Counted from the stretch's first letter, positions 50,167-61,436 are shown. The stretch is 64,000 nucleotides of DNA from Planctomycetota bacterium (GCA_021819825.1 JAKAEZ010000006.1:33404-97403), one strand, 5' to 3'. Translations and numbers: made by a program. Notes: generated by a model from the sequence alone, not told the origin.

Positions 50167-50976
50167 ATGACCGACAGGCTTTCAGCCGCGTTTGCCGCAC
50201 CAAGTCGCAATCGGCGGGCGCTATTGTGCCCCTTTGTGACCGCCGGTTATCCGAGCGTTGACCTGCTGGGACCTGTCTTGGAATCGCTGCAACGGGCCGG
50301 TGCTGGTTGTATTGAATTGGGAATTCCCTTTTCTGATCCCATTGCCGATGGGCCGACCATACAGGAAAGCTATCGCCTGGCGCTGCAAAATGGTGCTACA
50401 GTACCACGCATCATGCAGTCGGTGGAAAAAATTCGCGGCCTTGGTTTTTCGCTGCCCATCATGGCCATGGCCAGCTTCAGCATTATTTTCAAACATGGGG
50501 CTGATGCGTTTGCGTCAGCGTGTGCCAATGCGGGAATCGATGGGTTGATTTTGCCGGATGTACCCCTGGAGGAAGCACCGGCGCTGGTTGCTGTGTTAGA
50601 CAAACATCATCTCAAAAGCAGTCTTTTGATCGCTCCTACAACAGCTCCGGATCGACGGGCAAAAATTGCCGCCTTATGCACCGGGTTTATTTATTATCTG
50701 TCGGTAACCGGTATAACCGGAGAACGACAATCCCTGCCGGCTGATGTGCCGTTAAATCTTAAAGTGTTGCGTGCAATGACACCGCACCCCATTTGTGTAG
50801 GATTTGGAATTTCCCGTCCGGATCAGGTGGCGGAACTGGCCTCGCTGGCCGATGGCATCATTGTGGGGTCAGCCATTATCAAGACCATTACCCGCGAACT
50901 GGCTAAGCCGGCACCGGATGTTGCCGCCGCGGTTGGGACGTTCGCAGCGGAACTTGCCGCCGGATTAACGCAATAA
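50167..50976 (+). CDS. trpA: Tryptophan synthase alpha chain
   Basis: Motifs TAGYP, IELGIPFSDPIADGPTIQ, LIAPTT, GITGER, VGFGIS and ADGIIVGSA. Confidence 0.97.
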   Translation: MTDRLSAAFAAPSRNRRALLCPFVTAGYPSVDLLGPVLESLQRAGAGCIELGIPFSDPIADGPTIQESYRLALQNGATVPRIMQSVEKIRGLGFSLPIMAMASFSIIFKHGADAFASACANAGIDGLILPDVPLEEAPALVAVLDKHHLKSSLLIAPTTAPDRRAKIAALCTGFIYYLSVTGITGERQSLPADVPLNLKVLRAMTPHPICVGFGISRPDQVAELASLADGIIVGSAIIKTITRELAKPAPDVAAAVGTFAAELAAGLTQ

Positions 50977-51076
50977 CCAATTGTTCCACAAAGCCGTCGG
51001 CACTGCTGACAGTATCGCATTCGACTGCACCCAAGCCTGAAAATCATTTTAACGCTGTGCCGGCAAGCGCAAAAAA

Positions 51077-51442
51077 TCAAATCCCCGGTTTATAAACACA
51101 GCGAATAATAGATCGCAATCCACCCCGCGGCGTCCATTCACTGATCAGGGTCATTTGCCGGGGTTTTAGCCGTTGGACCAATTCATCTAAGATAACATTC
51201 GTGACATCTTCGTAAAAAATGCCTTCATTGCGAAAACTCTGAAGATACATTTTGTAGCTTTTCAATTCCACGCATAATTTGTCCGGAATGTACAGCAAAC
51301 GAAGGGTCCCGAAATCGGGCTGTCCGGTTTGGGGGCAAACGGACGTAAATTCCGGAGCAATGTGTTCAATTTCGTAATCTCTTGCAGGATGTGGATTATT
51401 GAATGTTTCCAGCAGGTGAATTCGTCGGGCCTGTTTTTTCAT
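51077..51442 (-). CDS. queF: PreQ0 reductase (type I QueF)
   Basis: [24 protein letters not shown] and PRGGL. ATG at 51442. Confidence 0.95.
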   Translation of the reverse strand: MKKQARRIHLLETFNNPHPARDYEIEHIAPEFTSVCPQTGQPDFGTLRLLYIPDKLCVELKSYKMYLQSFRNEGIFYEDVTNVILDELVQRLKPRQMTLISEWTPRGGLRSIIRCVYKPGI

Positions 51443-51516
51443 TATATATTCCTTTGCTTTTAACAATGTCTTAAAATTAGTCACCGCATAACGGTTAAGT
51501 TTTACACGGGCAACTT

Positions 51517-52215
51517 TTACGTTCCGCGGGTGTTTCCATACAGCAGAATATGCAAACGCATTCCAAAGCGAAAGCCCCGCTCGCGGCATATTTCCGCCAG
51601 CCAACTCCCACGCGTTTGCACCGCATCGGCGGTAACGCCTTCCGGCATGAGGATAACATCAGCGGGATTAATCGGCGCTGCTTGCGACACCCTTGATAAA
51701 ATCATATCCACCTCCTGCATATCCTCCGGCTTACAGATGACAAATTTCCATTGCCGCTCAACAATGAAATCAGATCGGGCAAACTGTGCCAGCACGTCCC
51801 AATTCAAACGCCGCCGCTCGTGCGTTGGCGACCAGGCGGAATGATCCGTCGGAGTAGAATTGGATAATTTTGGGCTGATGCTGGCAAGGTTCATGGGCAC
51901 ATCCTGCCACAACGTACCGGCTGTCTCGATGGTAATATGCCGGCCCATATTTTTTAAGCCGGTGACAAGTTCCGGCAATTGACTTTGCATCATCGGTTCG
52001 CCGCCGGTGATGACCACGTGCCTACCGGGCTGTCGGGCCGCTTGATCCAGAATTTGCGAAACCGTCATATTCTCCCCCGTGGGTTCCCATGAGCTGTACG
52101 GGGTGTCGCACCAGCGGCAGCGCAAATTGCACCCGCTGCTACGAATAAATAATGAGGGAACTCCAGTGAGTTTTCCTTCTCCCTGTATACTGTAAAACAT
52201 CTCCGCTATTTTCAT
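51517..52215 (-). CDS. queE: 7-carboxy-7-deazaguanine synthase (radical SAM)
   Basis: [27 protein letters not shown] and SISPKL. ATGA overlap with queC. Confidence 0.95.
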   Translation of the reverse strand: MKIAEMFYSIQGEGKLTGVPSLFIRSSGCNLRCRWCDTPYSSWEPTGENMTVSQILDQAARQPGRHVVITGGEPMMQSQLPELVTGLKNMGRHITIETAGTLWQDVPMNLASISPKLSNSTPTDHSAWSPTHERRRLNWDVLAQFARSDFIVERQWKFVICKPEDMQEVDMILSRVSQAAPINPADVILMPEGVTADAVQTRGSWLAEICRERGFRFGMRLHILLYGNTRGT

Positions 52216-52937
52216 GGGCAATCGCCGCGGTTCGGTTCATACGGTGCCGGGTCGGTGATGCCCAACTGTTCAAACGCGGCCAGCCGCAGTTGGCAGGCAT
52301 CACAACGACCGCAGGCTGCACCGGTAAAGCCCGGATCGTAACAGGTCCAGGTGTGGCCGTAATTAACTCCCAGGGAGAGTCCAAGCTTGATAATATCCGC
52401 TTTGTGCAGGCTTATCAGCGGGGAATGAATATGAAACTTTCCTCGGCCTTCAATGCCCGCGCGCGTGGCCAGATTGGCCATGGTTTCAAATGCGGCAATA
52501 TAATCCGGGCGGCAATCCGGATATCCGGAGTAATCCACCGCATTGACCCCAATGAATATATCGAAACACTCCAGCACCTCCGCCCAGGCCAAAGCACAGG
52601 ACAGAAATACCGTATTGCGCGCCGGCACATAGGTCACCGGTATGTCGTGGGTCATCTCCGCGGCGGGGCGGTCTTTTGGCACGGCAATATCCGCCGTCAG
52701 TGCTGATCCGCCGAAGTGCCGCAGATTTAAGTCCAGCACCACGTGCCGCGCAACGCCTGCCTCTGTGGCCAACTGTGCAGCCGCATGAAGTTCCTGCCGA
52801 TGGCGCTGCCCGTAATCAAAACTCAGAGCATAGCATAGATAGCCGCGGTCTTTTGCGACGGCCAACACCGTGGCGGAATCCAGCCCGCCGCTTAACAGCA
52901 CGACCGCCTTTTTTGTTTTTATATCCGCATCCATCAT
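52212..52937 (-). CDS. queC: 7-cyano-7-deazaguanine synthase
   Basis: Motifs LSGGLDS, YGQRH, TYVPARN, YPDCR and CGRCDAC. Confidence 0.97.
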   Translation of the reverse strand: MMDADIKTKKAVVLLSGGLDSATVLAVAKDRGYLCYALSFDYGQRHRQELHAAAQLATEAGVARHVVLDLNLRHFGGSALTADIAVPKDRPAAEMTHDIPVTYVPARNTVFLSCALAWAEVLECFDIFIGVNAVDYSGYPDCRPDYIAAFETMANLATRAGIEGRGKFHIHSPLISLHKADIIKLGLSLGVNYGHTWTCYDPGFTGAACGRCDACQLRLAAFEQLGITDPAPYEPNRGDCP

Positions 52938-52953
52938 ACCCAGAGTTTACCGG

Positions 52954-53550
52954 TTAGTGCGATTTGTGCCAGTGGTACCGTTCCAGAAGCTTCCACAGGT
53001 CGGTAAGAGACTGTTTATTGACCGCAATCGCATTGTTCAGATATTGTCGCAAGCCCGGTCCCGCCTGATTCTTCCGGGCTTGCTTTTGGGCCGCCTTATC
53101 CATGGCAAGCTGCCAGGAATAATCCATGTACATCATGATCAGATAGCGTTTTTGAAAATCGGCGGAATTGCTGTGCAGCAACAGTGAGCCTTGGTCATCC
53201 GCGATAATTTTCTGGGCTTTGCCGAAAAGGCCCGGACGATAAAAGTAATGCAGCTTAACGCCATGCTTTGTTGCCCAGGCTTTGAGTTCTTTTAAAAGCT
53301 TTCCCTGACTGCTGGACATATAACTGTTAAACCGGCTTACCGATGTTGACAATCCCTTAAAATCCGCAAGAAAGGCCAGTTGGGTTTTATCTTTATGACC
53401 CTTAGCCAAGGACCGCAATATTTGCAGGACCGCCGGGTTAAGCGGCTGCCGCATCGCGGGCCGTGGCGGCGCAGAATTACTGCATCCGGGAAGGAAGAAA
53501 AATAATACGGGTGCCAACACCAGCACCGCAAAAATATTCATCAACCGCAT
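52954..53550 (-). CDS. Putative lipoprotein, helical (possibly DUF4142/ferritin-like)
   Basis: AAGGAG RBS, ATG 53550, and a signal peptide ending in lipobox LPGC. The fold assignment is weak. Confidence 0.6.
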   Translation of the reverse strand: MRLMNIFAVLVLAPVLFFFLPGCSNSAPPRPAMRQPLNPAVLQILRSLAKGHKDKTQLAFLADFKGLSTSVSRFNSYMSSSQGKLLKELKAWATKHGVKLHYFYRPGLFGKAQKIIADDQGSLLLHSNSADFQKRYLIMMYMDYSWQLAMDKAAQKQARKNQAGPGLRQYLNNAIAVNKQSLTDLWKLLERYHWHKSH

Positions 53551-53879
53551 AAGCCAACTCCTTACCAAGGTGCACCTTCCAAGTGTATACCAGAATTTCC
53601 TCCAAGGCCACGCGGCGGGCGGCGGCGTCAAGCCAAAGTAAAATGTCTGTTTTGAGGAACTTGAGCCATCGCGCAGCAAGGCGGCCTAATGCAACAAGCA
53701 TCGGCGATCACCATTGTTGCGGCATTACCAAGATCCGTAACCTCCTGAGGAACTTGATTCGGTTGACGTGCGACTGAACGGTCGAAGTCATTTCACGGTT
53801 TTGAATGTGCCGCATTAACAGATAATTAATATTTCGGCGCATCAGAGGGAACAAATCAAAATATTTCTAAACTATCCTC

Positions 53880-56876
53880 TTAATATCTCGGAGATGTGTG
53901 CGGTCGTGTATCCGGCATCGTATCGTCGGAGGTAGTGGCCTTTTGAGAGTTGGCGGAGAGCAATGGCTTTATGAGTTCTTCCGCAGGGACCGGTCGGCCA
54001 AAGAAATAGCCTTGGAAAAGTGGACAAGCACGCTCTTTCAGTGCCTCAAACTGCTCGAGTGTTTCAATACCTTCGGCGACCACCTGCAGTTGATGGTGGT
54101 GCGCGATTGCGAGAATGGCCTCGACAAGTGCGGCATCATTGGGATTCGTGGCTATGTCACAAATAAATGAGCGATCAATTTTTAATTCATTTAACGGAAG
54201 ATTTTTCAGATAACCCAGTGAGGAATAGCCTGTGCCAAAATCATCAATTGAAAAGCCGATACCCAGTTGATTGATCTCCTTCATTTTTTCCACCGCGTCT
54301 TTGGCATTACGCATCAGTACTGACTCGGTGATTTCGATGGTCAGACTTCTGGGGTCAATTTCGGAGGATTTTACAATTGCTATGATGCGTTGCACAAAAT
54401 CAGTCATCTGAAATTGCCGCAGACTGACGTTGACGGAAATGCGGAATCTGATGTCGGCACGCTGAAGCCGCCGCAATATGTGACAGGCCTCACGCAGCAT
54501 GAACTCTCCCATCGGCACGATCAGGCCGGTATCTTCCGCTGCGGGAATGAACTTGGCTGGAGCGATCAGACCCCCTTCCCTGGATTGCCAGCGAATTAAC
54601 GCCTCCGCTCCGATTATTGATCGGGTCTGATCTACCTGCGGCTGGAGAAATATCCGGAAATCACCATTGCTTAGGGCGATTCGCAGATCCTGTACCATCG
54701 CGACTCTTTCTTTGATCCGCTCCTGCATTGCAGGCTCAAAAAAGCAGATGGTGTTGCGACCCGCCTCCTTGGCACGGTACATGGCAATATCCGCCTGCGT
54801 AATGAGTTCCGGCGCGGTCGTATTCCCCTGTGGAAAAAGCGTCACACCCATACTGGCGGTAATCGCATATTCCGCATGACCAACTTTGATCGGCTCGGAT
54901 AACAGTTGGATAATCCGCTGTAAAATCAATTCCAGTTCATTGGCTGCCCTCTGGCGATCAGGCGAAAGATCCGGCAGAACAATGACGAATTCGTCGCCGC
55001 CAATGCGTCCCAGCGTATCGGTCTGGCGTAATATCGTACGCACCCGCTCGACCATCATAATCAGCAGCGAATCGCCGGCTTCGTGGCCTTGAATATCATT
55101 GACTTCTTTGAAATGATCCAGATCCAGAAATACCAGCGCTCCGTAATTGCCGCTCCGGTTTGCTGCGGCGATATCATGTTCAAGTTGCACCAATGTCAAT
55201 TGACGATTCGGTGCGCCGGTCAGGGAATCATAATAGGCCAGGTGCTCGAGTTTCTCCTCCGCTGCCAGACGTGCCGTAATATCATTCTGGATTCCCAGCC
55301 AATGCGTTATGTCGCCGTGCGTATTACGAACCGGTGAAATACTTACTTCGCACCAATATGCTGTGGCATCTTTTCGATAGTTTTTCAAAATGGTATGGGC
55401 GCTGCGCCCCTCACTGATGGCACGGCGAACGTCATCGCGGCCCATACGATCTCGCGTTACACCCTGCAGTAGCCGCGGATTCTTTCCCCGAACTTCATTT
55501 AATGTATAACCTGTAAGTTTTTCAAAGGCGGGATTTACGTAAACAATAGGAGTATCGGATGGTGTCGCATCTGTAATGATGATCCCATTGGCCGATGCCT
55601 CAATGGCCTGTTGAAAAAGCGATAGGTCTGCAAGAGCTTCTTTGCGTTCCGTGTCATCGCGAATAACGTCATAGATCACGGTGCGGCCGGCGAGATTTAG
55701 TGCCACCGAGTACGCATCGACGTCCCGGATATCGCCGTTTTTAAGGCGATGTTGAAAATGAAAATGCGCTTTGCTTCCGGACGTGACATGTTTGATCCGC
55801 TCTTCAATCACAGCGCGAGGAAGTGTGTTGATATCCCAGATATGCAGATTTTGAAGTTCCGGGCGGGAATAGCCGTAAAATGTTGCGGCGGCTTGATTGC
55901 AGTCCAAAATCTTTCCGCTTTCGGGATCCAGCAGCAAAATAACTTCACTGTTTTTCTCAAAAAGCGTTCGGAATTGTGCCTCGCTTTCAGTAAGCCTCTG
56001 GTGGGGTTCCCGAAAGCCGACCATAAAAGTATAGCGAAGAACCCAGGCGAATCCCATCAGGCGATAAAAGTGTGTCAATAATATCAATTGATTTCTGCCG
56101 CTGATTGATGCGAAAATCTGAATTAATTCTCCCGCTGTGAGAAGAATAATTGCCAGCATGTAATCAGTGGCATTGGGATTGGGTTTCCGGTGCGCGCCCG
56201 ACCAGGTGACCAAGATTGCTCCGCCGTATAGGCCTAACAGTGCAGTGGCCATGAGCGCCGCCGCCGCATGTTGCCATGGAAAAATAGCCGCGCTCCATGT
56301 CTGCAGAATGCTCGTGAAGTAAAGTGTCGCTAACGCAAGAGGTATCCCGGCGATCCACAGCGCGATATTGGAGCGGGGGACGCGCCACTGCAGTGCCCGT
56401 TCTGACCGGATCCCCATCATAAACAGTGCCGCCGCCAGCAGTATCTCCGCGGTGGAATCCAAATGTTCCCTTAGAAGATGATGAACATATGCCGACTCGA
56501 TCGGCCTGTATCCCTTTGATGCCAGTTCAATCGCCAATAATAGGCCGCCGGTAATAAACAGCAGTGCAAAAGTCAGTCGCAGGACAAAGTGCTCAATGCG
56601 TAGGGATTCCCAGCTTACAAGTGCATTCAGCAGGACAACTGTTACGATACCGGCCTGAACGATTGCATACAACTCCGCCATTGGCTTTGTGGTTATATGT
56701 GAGAAAACAAGCCAGAACAGAAATGGCGAAATAATAAGTAGGCCGGATCGCAGCAATCTGCAAACTCGACTGTGATGACATGTATTCCGATTGTTGGTTG
56801 CCGCAAGATCGGAATGGTCCTCCGCATGTTGATGTTCGAGCTGATCGGGTGGTTCAAGCATGAAGCTTTCCTTCAT
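53880..56876 (-). CDS. Membrane-sensor, PAS-PAS, GGDEF, EAL diguanylate cyclase/phosphodiesterase
   Basis: Multi-TM N-terminus, two PAS domains, DLDHFKEVND, GGDEF, EALIRW and DDFGTGYSSL. Confidence 0.93.
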   Translation of the reverse strand: MKESFMLEPPDQLEHQHAEDHSDLAATNNRNTCHHSRVCRLLRSGLLIISPFLFWLVFSHITTKPMAELYAIVQAGIVTVVLLNALVSWESLRIEHFVLRLTFALLFITGGLLLAIELASKGYRPIESAYVHHLLREHLDSTAEILLAAALFMMGIRSERALQWRVPRSNIALWIAGIPLALATLYFTSILQTWSAAIFPWQHAAAALMATALLGLYGGAILVTWSGAHRKPNPNATDYMLAIILLTAGELIQIFASISGRNQLILLTHFYRLMGFAWVLRYTFMVGFREPHQRLTESEAQFRTLFEKNSEVILLLDPESGKILDCNQAAATFYGYSRPELQNLHIWDINTLPRAVIEERIKHVTSGSKAHFHFQHRLKNGDIRDVDAYSVALNLAGRTVIYDVIRDDTERKEALADLSLFQQAIEASANGIIITDATPSDTPIVYVNPAFEKLTGYTLNEVRGKNPRLLQGVTRDRMGRDDVRRAISEGRSAHTILKNYRKDATAYWCEVSISPVRNTHGDITHWLGIQNDITARLAAEEKLEHLAYYDSLTGAPNRQLTLVQLEHDIAAANRSGNYGALVFLDLDHFKEVNDIQGHEAGDSLLIMMVERVRTILRQTDTLGRIGGDEFVIVLPDLSPDRQRAANELELILQRIIQLLSEPIKVGHAEYAITASMGVTLFPQGNTTAPELITQADIAMYRAKEAGRNTICFFEPAMQERIKERVAMVQDLRIALSNGDFRIFLQPQVDQTRSIIGAEALIRWQSREGGLIAPAKFIPAAEDTGLIVPMGEFMLREACHILRRLQRADIRFRISVNVSLRQFQMTDFVQRIIAIVKSSEIDPRSLTIEITESVLMRNAKDAVEKMKEINQLGIGFSIDDFGTGYSSLGYLKNLPLNELKIDRSFICDIATNPNDAALVEAILAIAHHHQLQVVAEGIETLEQFEALKERACPLFQGYFFGRPVPAEELIKPLLSANSQKATTSDDTMPDTRPHTSPRY

Positions 56877-57028
56877 AAGCGCAGAGACGCACCGATTTTC
56901 GATTGCTGTGCGCTCTATGCTGTCGATGAATCCTCGCGTGCCATCTTTTCACGGATAGACTCAAGCAGCTTGCCCATTATCGTAAATTATCGGTCTTTGA
57001 GCTGAAAAAAAATCAAGTAATTTTCTGA

Positions 57029-59791
57029 TTATTCTACCATGGACGTTTTTGCGGTGGCTGCTCTAGCGTAAACCCCCTTATTGGCCAGCCGCCAGGTCAG
57101 CAGGGGGCGGATCACAAAGATGGCTGATAGATAAATACAGGCAATTCCCAGCGCCATGATCACACCCAGGCTGGCGATGCCGCGGTCGCGGGAAAGACCC
57201 AGAAAGCCAAAACTGCTGCACGTTACAAAAGCGCACATCAGCAATGCCCGTTCACTGACATCCCAGAACCGCCAGATACGGCGCGGATTATGTTCCGCCT
57301 CGCGGTAACGATGCATCATAAATACGCCGTATTCGTGGCCCGCACCAATGAGAATCGGCATGGCAAAAAAGTTCGCAAAGTTCCATTTCAGCCCCAGCAC
57401 ACCCATGATCCCAACCAGCATCGGCAATCCCAGCGCTAATACTGAAACCGTCATAGCGGTGCGCCCAAGGGAGCCCAAATCCAGATACACCAGAAAAATG
57501 ACGACCAGAAATGCCAATACGGTTGTCTGCATAAAGGCCGCGCGAATGGATTTTGTGGAATGATAAAGTTGAATAGCAATGCCGGTTAAATCGACGTTGC
57601 CGGGTACCAAGCCGGGCGCTTGCGCTGTGCCCTGTACCGCCGCTACGAACTGCCGCAAGCGCGATTGATCCCATAGATCAAACCGGGGATAAATATACAA
57701 AGCATACTCACCAGTGGCCGCCCGAAAATGCCGGCTTATCTGTGGAGGCACGCGGGCCATGTCTAACTTACCGGGCGTGAGCATCGCCGCCGCGGATGCC
57801 AGAGATTGGCTGAAATTGGTCTGCCACCGTGAGAGCTGCTGCGCTGCAACATCCCGTTGCAACCCGGTTGCCGAATTCAATTTTACGGCAAACGCGCGCA
57901 GCGTTGCGACCGCTTCTGGAGCCGGTGCAGCGGCGGTTGGCGCGGTGCCATGAATGGGTTGGCTCCAAGAGTCGGCCAGTGCATCGGCGGCCTGGGCAAT
58001 GGCGGGTAGGTCTACGGGGGCTACCGCTGATGGATTATGCCAGTGAATATTTCGCAAGACTGCGTTATGCCCGGCGAGATATTTTTGTTTCGCTGCGGCA
58101 CTGAGAATACTGCTGGTGGATAATATCGGAGAATCGGCGTCCGCTGCCGCTTTATCGAGCGTGGCTTGAATGGGAGCCAGTTGCGACAAGGATTTCGACA
58201 GCACAACGGCGTACCAGGTGGGCATTTCTTTGACAAGTTTTACCGAGGTCAGGCCGCGGGCCTGCAAATCCAGCAGATTTGGATCAAACCGCAGTTGCAG
58301 CGCGTAGGGAATCAGCCCGATAAGAATAGCCAGCCACAGACCCAGTCCCAGAAAATTTTTCAAACCCGCACGCGGTGGGGGACGATTATCCGTGTAGCGT
58401 TGGGCGGGTTGAACTTTACCGAGTTTCGGGGGAAATAGGACCAGCAGGGCGGGCAAAACCGTATAACCCGCCAGCAGGCATAGCAATAGTCCGGCACCGG
58501 CGATTAACCCCAATTCCGCATCGCCTCTAAAGTGAGTGGTCAACGCCACGAGAAATGCGCCGGCCGCGCCGGCGCAGGATGTGGCTATCGGCGGCCCGGC
58601 GTATCGGAAAACCCGCGCCCAGATCGCTTGTTTCCTTTCATAACGCCGGGCTTCGCGGCGGTAGCGCAACATGATTTGAATAAGATAATCCATACCAATG
58701 CCGATCAGGGCAATGACAAATACTGTGGAAAGCAAATTCAATTCGCCAACGAAAATCGTGGCGAAGCCAAATGTCCAGGCAATCGCGATGGCCAGCGTTA
58801 TTCCCGCCGCAAATCCCATCCAGATGGAGCGTAGCATCAATATCAGGCCGATCAGTACGACGATCATCGCCAGTGTCTCGGCTTTGTCACTATCCGAGGT
58901 GGTAATCCGCATTTCGTCTGCGGCCAGTACGGGGCGACCGGTCATCCCAAACGTGAATTCCGAATGAAAGTCCCTGGTGGATTGGACCATGGCCGCATGG
59001 ATTTTCTCCAGCGGCAAGGATACCGCTGCCAGAGAATCAAACGTAAATTTAGGGAAGACTTTGATCAGCAGCAAATGTTCGGAGCCGTTGCCTGCTTGAA
59101 TGTAGTAATAGCCCGCCGCGGCCGGAGTAGTCGGGCGTTGGGATAACAGGGTTGGCAAATCCGGAGTCACGACGGGCTTGGCAATCGGCTGTCTTAGGGC
59201 CTGAAGCCAGGATTCGCTGAGCATTCGAACAAAGCCGGTAGTTTGCACGCTGGGTGTTTGTGCAGCCAGAAGCCGCAAAAATCGCTGTATGCGCGTATGG
59301 CCAAAGAACGACATCGGGATGTCAGGTTTTTCTCCCCAGACTGTAGCTAATTGTGCCAATGACTGGGCACCATTGGCTGCCGCCCGCAGGTCAGGCCAAG
59401 TTGCAAATAAGAGAGCTTGATTGCCAAGCTTTTTTAACGGCACGTGGCTGTCCACGGATATAACATACTTTGGCAACTTTCGAAGTGACGCGGTGACGGC
59501 ATTTGCTGCGGCAATCCATTGGCTGCTCGCGGGTGGATGGGCCGGATTTCGCGCTTTAATGACGATATAGGCCGCCTCATTTTCGGGAAATTGCTTAATA
59601 AATTGGAGATATTGGTGGAAGAACGCGACGTGCGAGGAAAAAAGCTTGTTTTGATCCGTGGAAATTCGCAGGCGGGTGCACGCCAGAAAAGCACTGATTG
59701 CCGCGAGCAACAATGCTATGCCCAGCACCGTGCGCGGGTACCGGGTGAGCCGCAACGTGTCCTTCAGAACTCTTCGATGTATTGGACCCAT
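57029..59791 (-). CDS. hpnN: MMPL/RND transporter, HpnN-like hopanoid transporter
   Basis: Two RND TM repeats with TGRPVLAADE, LNLLS...IGIGMDY, FDPNLLDLQ and NFANFFAMPILIG. Adjacent to an hpnO-like gene. Confidence 0.7.
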   Translation of the reverse strand: MGPIHRRVLKDTLRLTRYPRTVLGIALLLAAISAFLACTRLRISTDQNKLFSSHVAFFHQYLQFIKQFPENEAAYIVIKARNPAHPPASSQWIAAANAVTASLRKLPKYVISVDSHVPLKKLGNQALLFATWPDLRAAANGAQSLAQLATVWGEKPDIPMSFFGHTRIQRFLRLLAAQTPSVQTTGFVRMLSESWLQALRQPIAKPVVTPDLPTLLSQRPTTPAAAGYYYIQAGNGSEHLLLIKVFPKFTFDSLAAVSLPLEKIHAAMVQSTRDFHSEFTFGMTGRPVLAADEMRITTSDSDKAETLAMIVVLIGLILMLRSIWMGFAAGITLAIAIAWTFGFATIFVGELNLLSTVFVIALIGIGMDYLIQIMLRYRREARRYERKQAIWARVFRYAGPPIATSCAGAAGAFLVALTTHFRGDAELGLIAGAGLLLCLLAGYTVLPALLVLFPPKLGKVQPAQRYTDNRPPPRAGLKNFLGLGLWLAILIGLIPYALQLRFDPNLLDLQARGLTSVKLVKEMPTWYAVVLSKSLSQLAPIQATLDKAAADADSPILSTSSILSAAAKQKYLAGHNAVLRNIHWHNPSAVAPVDLPAIAQAADALADSWSQPIHGTAPTAAAPAPEAVATLRAFAVKLNSATGLQRDVAAQQLSRWQTNFSQSLASAAAMLTPGKLDMARVPPQISRHFRAATGEYALYIYPRFDLWDQSRLRQFVAAVQGTAQAPGLVPGNVDLTGIAIQLYHSTKSIRAAFMQTTVLAFLVVIFLVYLDLGSLGRTAMTVSVLALGLPMLVGIMGVLGLKWNFANFFAMPILIGAGHEYGVFMMHRYREAEHNPRRIWRFWDVSERALLMCAFVTCSSFGFLGLSRDRGIASLGVIMALGIACIYLSAIFVIRPLLTWRLANKGVYARAATAKTSMVE

Positions 59792-59857
59792 AAATAATAC
59801 GCAACGCGGCCCACTATCCGCCAGGTGTTACAGCAACAACCGCGGGAGTAACCTCTG

Positions 59858-61243
59858 CTAAGCCTTCACAACGTTTTTTGCCAACCCCAATACGGTATCC
59901 CACGCGGTACCGGGGAATTTTTGTGTATCGGCCAGGACTTCCTGCATGGCTCGCAGGAACCAGTCCATATCCTGTTTGGTGGCCACCAGCGGCGGCAGAA
60001 ATTTGATCACCTCGGTATGGTAACCCGCAACCTGCGTAAGTATATGGTGCTTTTTCAGCAGCGGAATAATAATCATCTGCCCAAAGACGCCGAAGTTAAG
60101 TTTATGAAGCATGTCCCATGCCAGACGGAGTTTCAAGGAATTCTCCGGACGGGCGAAATCAATGCCGAACATCAGCCCTTTGCCGCGGACTTCCGTCACA
60201 AATGGGCAGGTTTTTCCGATTTCCGCCAGGCGAGTCATGGTGTAGCGCCCCAATTCATCGGCATTTTCAACCAGTTTGTCTTCTTCAATAACCTGTATGC
60301 TCGCCAATGCCGCCGCCATGGCCAGATCATTTTGGCCGAAGGTGTTGGAATGCACGACACAGCGCTCCATGGAATTAAAAACCGCATCCATAATGCGGGG
60401 CCGCGTTATCACCGCACCTACGGGGACGAAACCGCCGGAAAGTCCTTTGGCCACGCAGATAATATCCGGTTCTACCTCGGGCCAATGCTGAAAGCAAAAC
60501 CATTTTCCCGTGCGGCCCATGCCGGATTGTACTTCGTCCACCACCAATAAAGTGCCGGCCTTGCGGCACAGGCGTTGGGCTTCAGCTAAATAGCCATCTG
60601 CGACAAGTTCACAACTTTTTCCCTGAATGGGTTCAAGAATAAAGGCCGCGGCATCCTGTTTGGCCAAGGCTTTTTCCAGTGAAACCAGATCGTTAAAGGG
60701 AACCGCCTCGGTATGCGGCAGCAGATCGCCGAAGCGCTCCCGGAAAAACTCGGCACCGTTGATGGCCAGTGATCCGGTGGTCAGCCCGTGAAACGCATGT
60801 TCACAGTATATGATTTTTTGCCGGCCCGTGGCACAACGGGAAAATTTTATCGCGGTCTCCACGGTTTCCGTGCCGCTGTTGCAGAAAAATACGCGGTCCA
60901 ATCCGTCTGGGGTATGCCGCACCAGAGCCTCCGCGGCTAAACCGCTTAAAATGCTGCAATCCATGCGCACCAGATTGGGGCTTTGCGCATCGAGTACTTG
61001 CCGCAGCACCTGGCGCACTTTGGGATGATTCCGCCCGAGCATAAATACGCCCCAGCCCGTCAGCAAATCCAGATATTTCGTGCCTGCACCATCCCATAAA
61101 TAACACCCCTCCCCGCGGGTATAATTGCGGTCAAAGCCAATGGTCTTGAGCATTTTTACGAAAGTCGGGTTGATATGATCCGTGTGCAGGTCATATTGCG
61201 TTCCACGATGCTGTTCCACCCAAGCGATAAAATCTTCATGCAT
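59858..61243 (-). CDS. hpnO: Class III PLP aminotransferase, HpnO-like
   Basis: YLDLLTGWGVF, NSGTE, FHGLTTGSL, DEVQSGMGRTG, AKGLSGG and VHSNTFG. C-terminal VIKFLPPL...W, next to hpnN. Confidence 0.72.
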   Translation of the reverse strand: MHEDFIAWVEQHRGTQYDLHTDHINPTFVKMLKTIGFDRNYTRGEGCYLWDGAGTKYLDLLTGWGVFMLGRNHPKVRQVLRQVLDAQSPNLVRMDCSILSGLAAEALVRHTPDGLDRVFFCNSGTETVETAIKFSRCATGRQKIIYCEHAFHGLTTGSLAINGAEFFRERFGDLLPHTEAVPFNDLVSLEKALAKQDAAAFILEPIQGKSCELVADGYLAEAQRLCRKAGTLLVVDEVQSGMGRTGKWFCFQHWPEVEPDIICVAKGLSGGFVPVGAVITRPRIMDAVFNSMERCVVHSNTFGQNDLAMAAALASIQVIEEDKLVENADELGRYTMTRLAEIGKTCPFVTEVRGKGLMFGIDFARPENSLKLRLAWDMLHKLNFGVFGQMIIIPLLKKHHILTQVAGYHTEVIKFLPPLVATKQDMDWFLRAMQEVLADTQKFPGTAWDTVLGLAKNVVKA

Positions 61244-61436
61244 TACCAATATCCTTCATGCCGTACAGGGAGTCTATCCCGGCCATTACCCGGACAAACT
61301 CCAAGCAGCGAATTATACGCCCCGCAGTGGAAAAATGAAAAATTGCGCAGCGATATCAGGTTTCTTGCGCTGAGGCTGTAAGCGTGCCTCACGGCCAACC
61401 CGGCGATTACTCAGACAGAGCACTAGGGTTAGATTC

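Noticed and set aside
51077-52937. queC-queE-queF as a 7-deazaguanine DNA-modification (Dpd) or QatABCD-like defence system
   Set aside because: QueF routes preQ0 to preQ1 for tRNA queuosine. No dpdA/tgt paralogue, ATPase or TatD is adjacent, and the context is housekeeping. queD is probably elsewhere.
55280-55620. LOV blue-light sensor in the GGDEF-EAL protein
   Set aside because: The motif is GKNPRLLQG, lacking the photoactive Cys of GxNCRFLQ, so it is best called an ordinary PAS domain.
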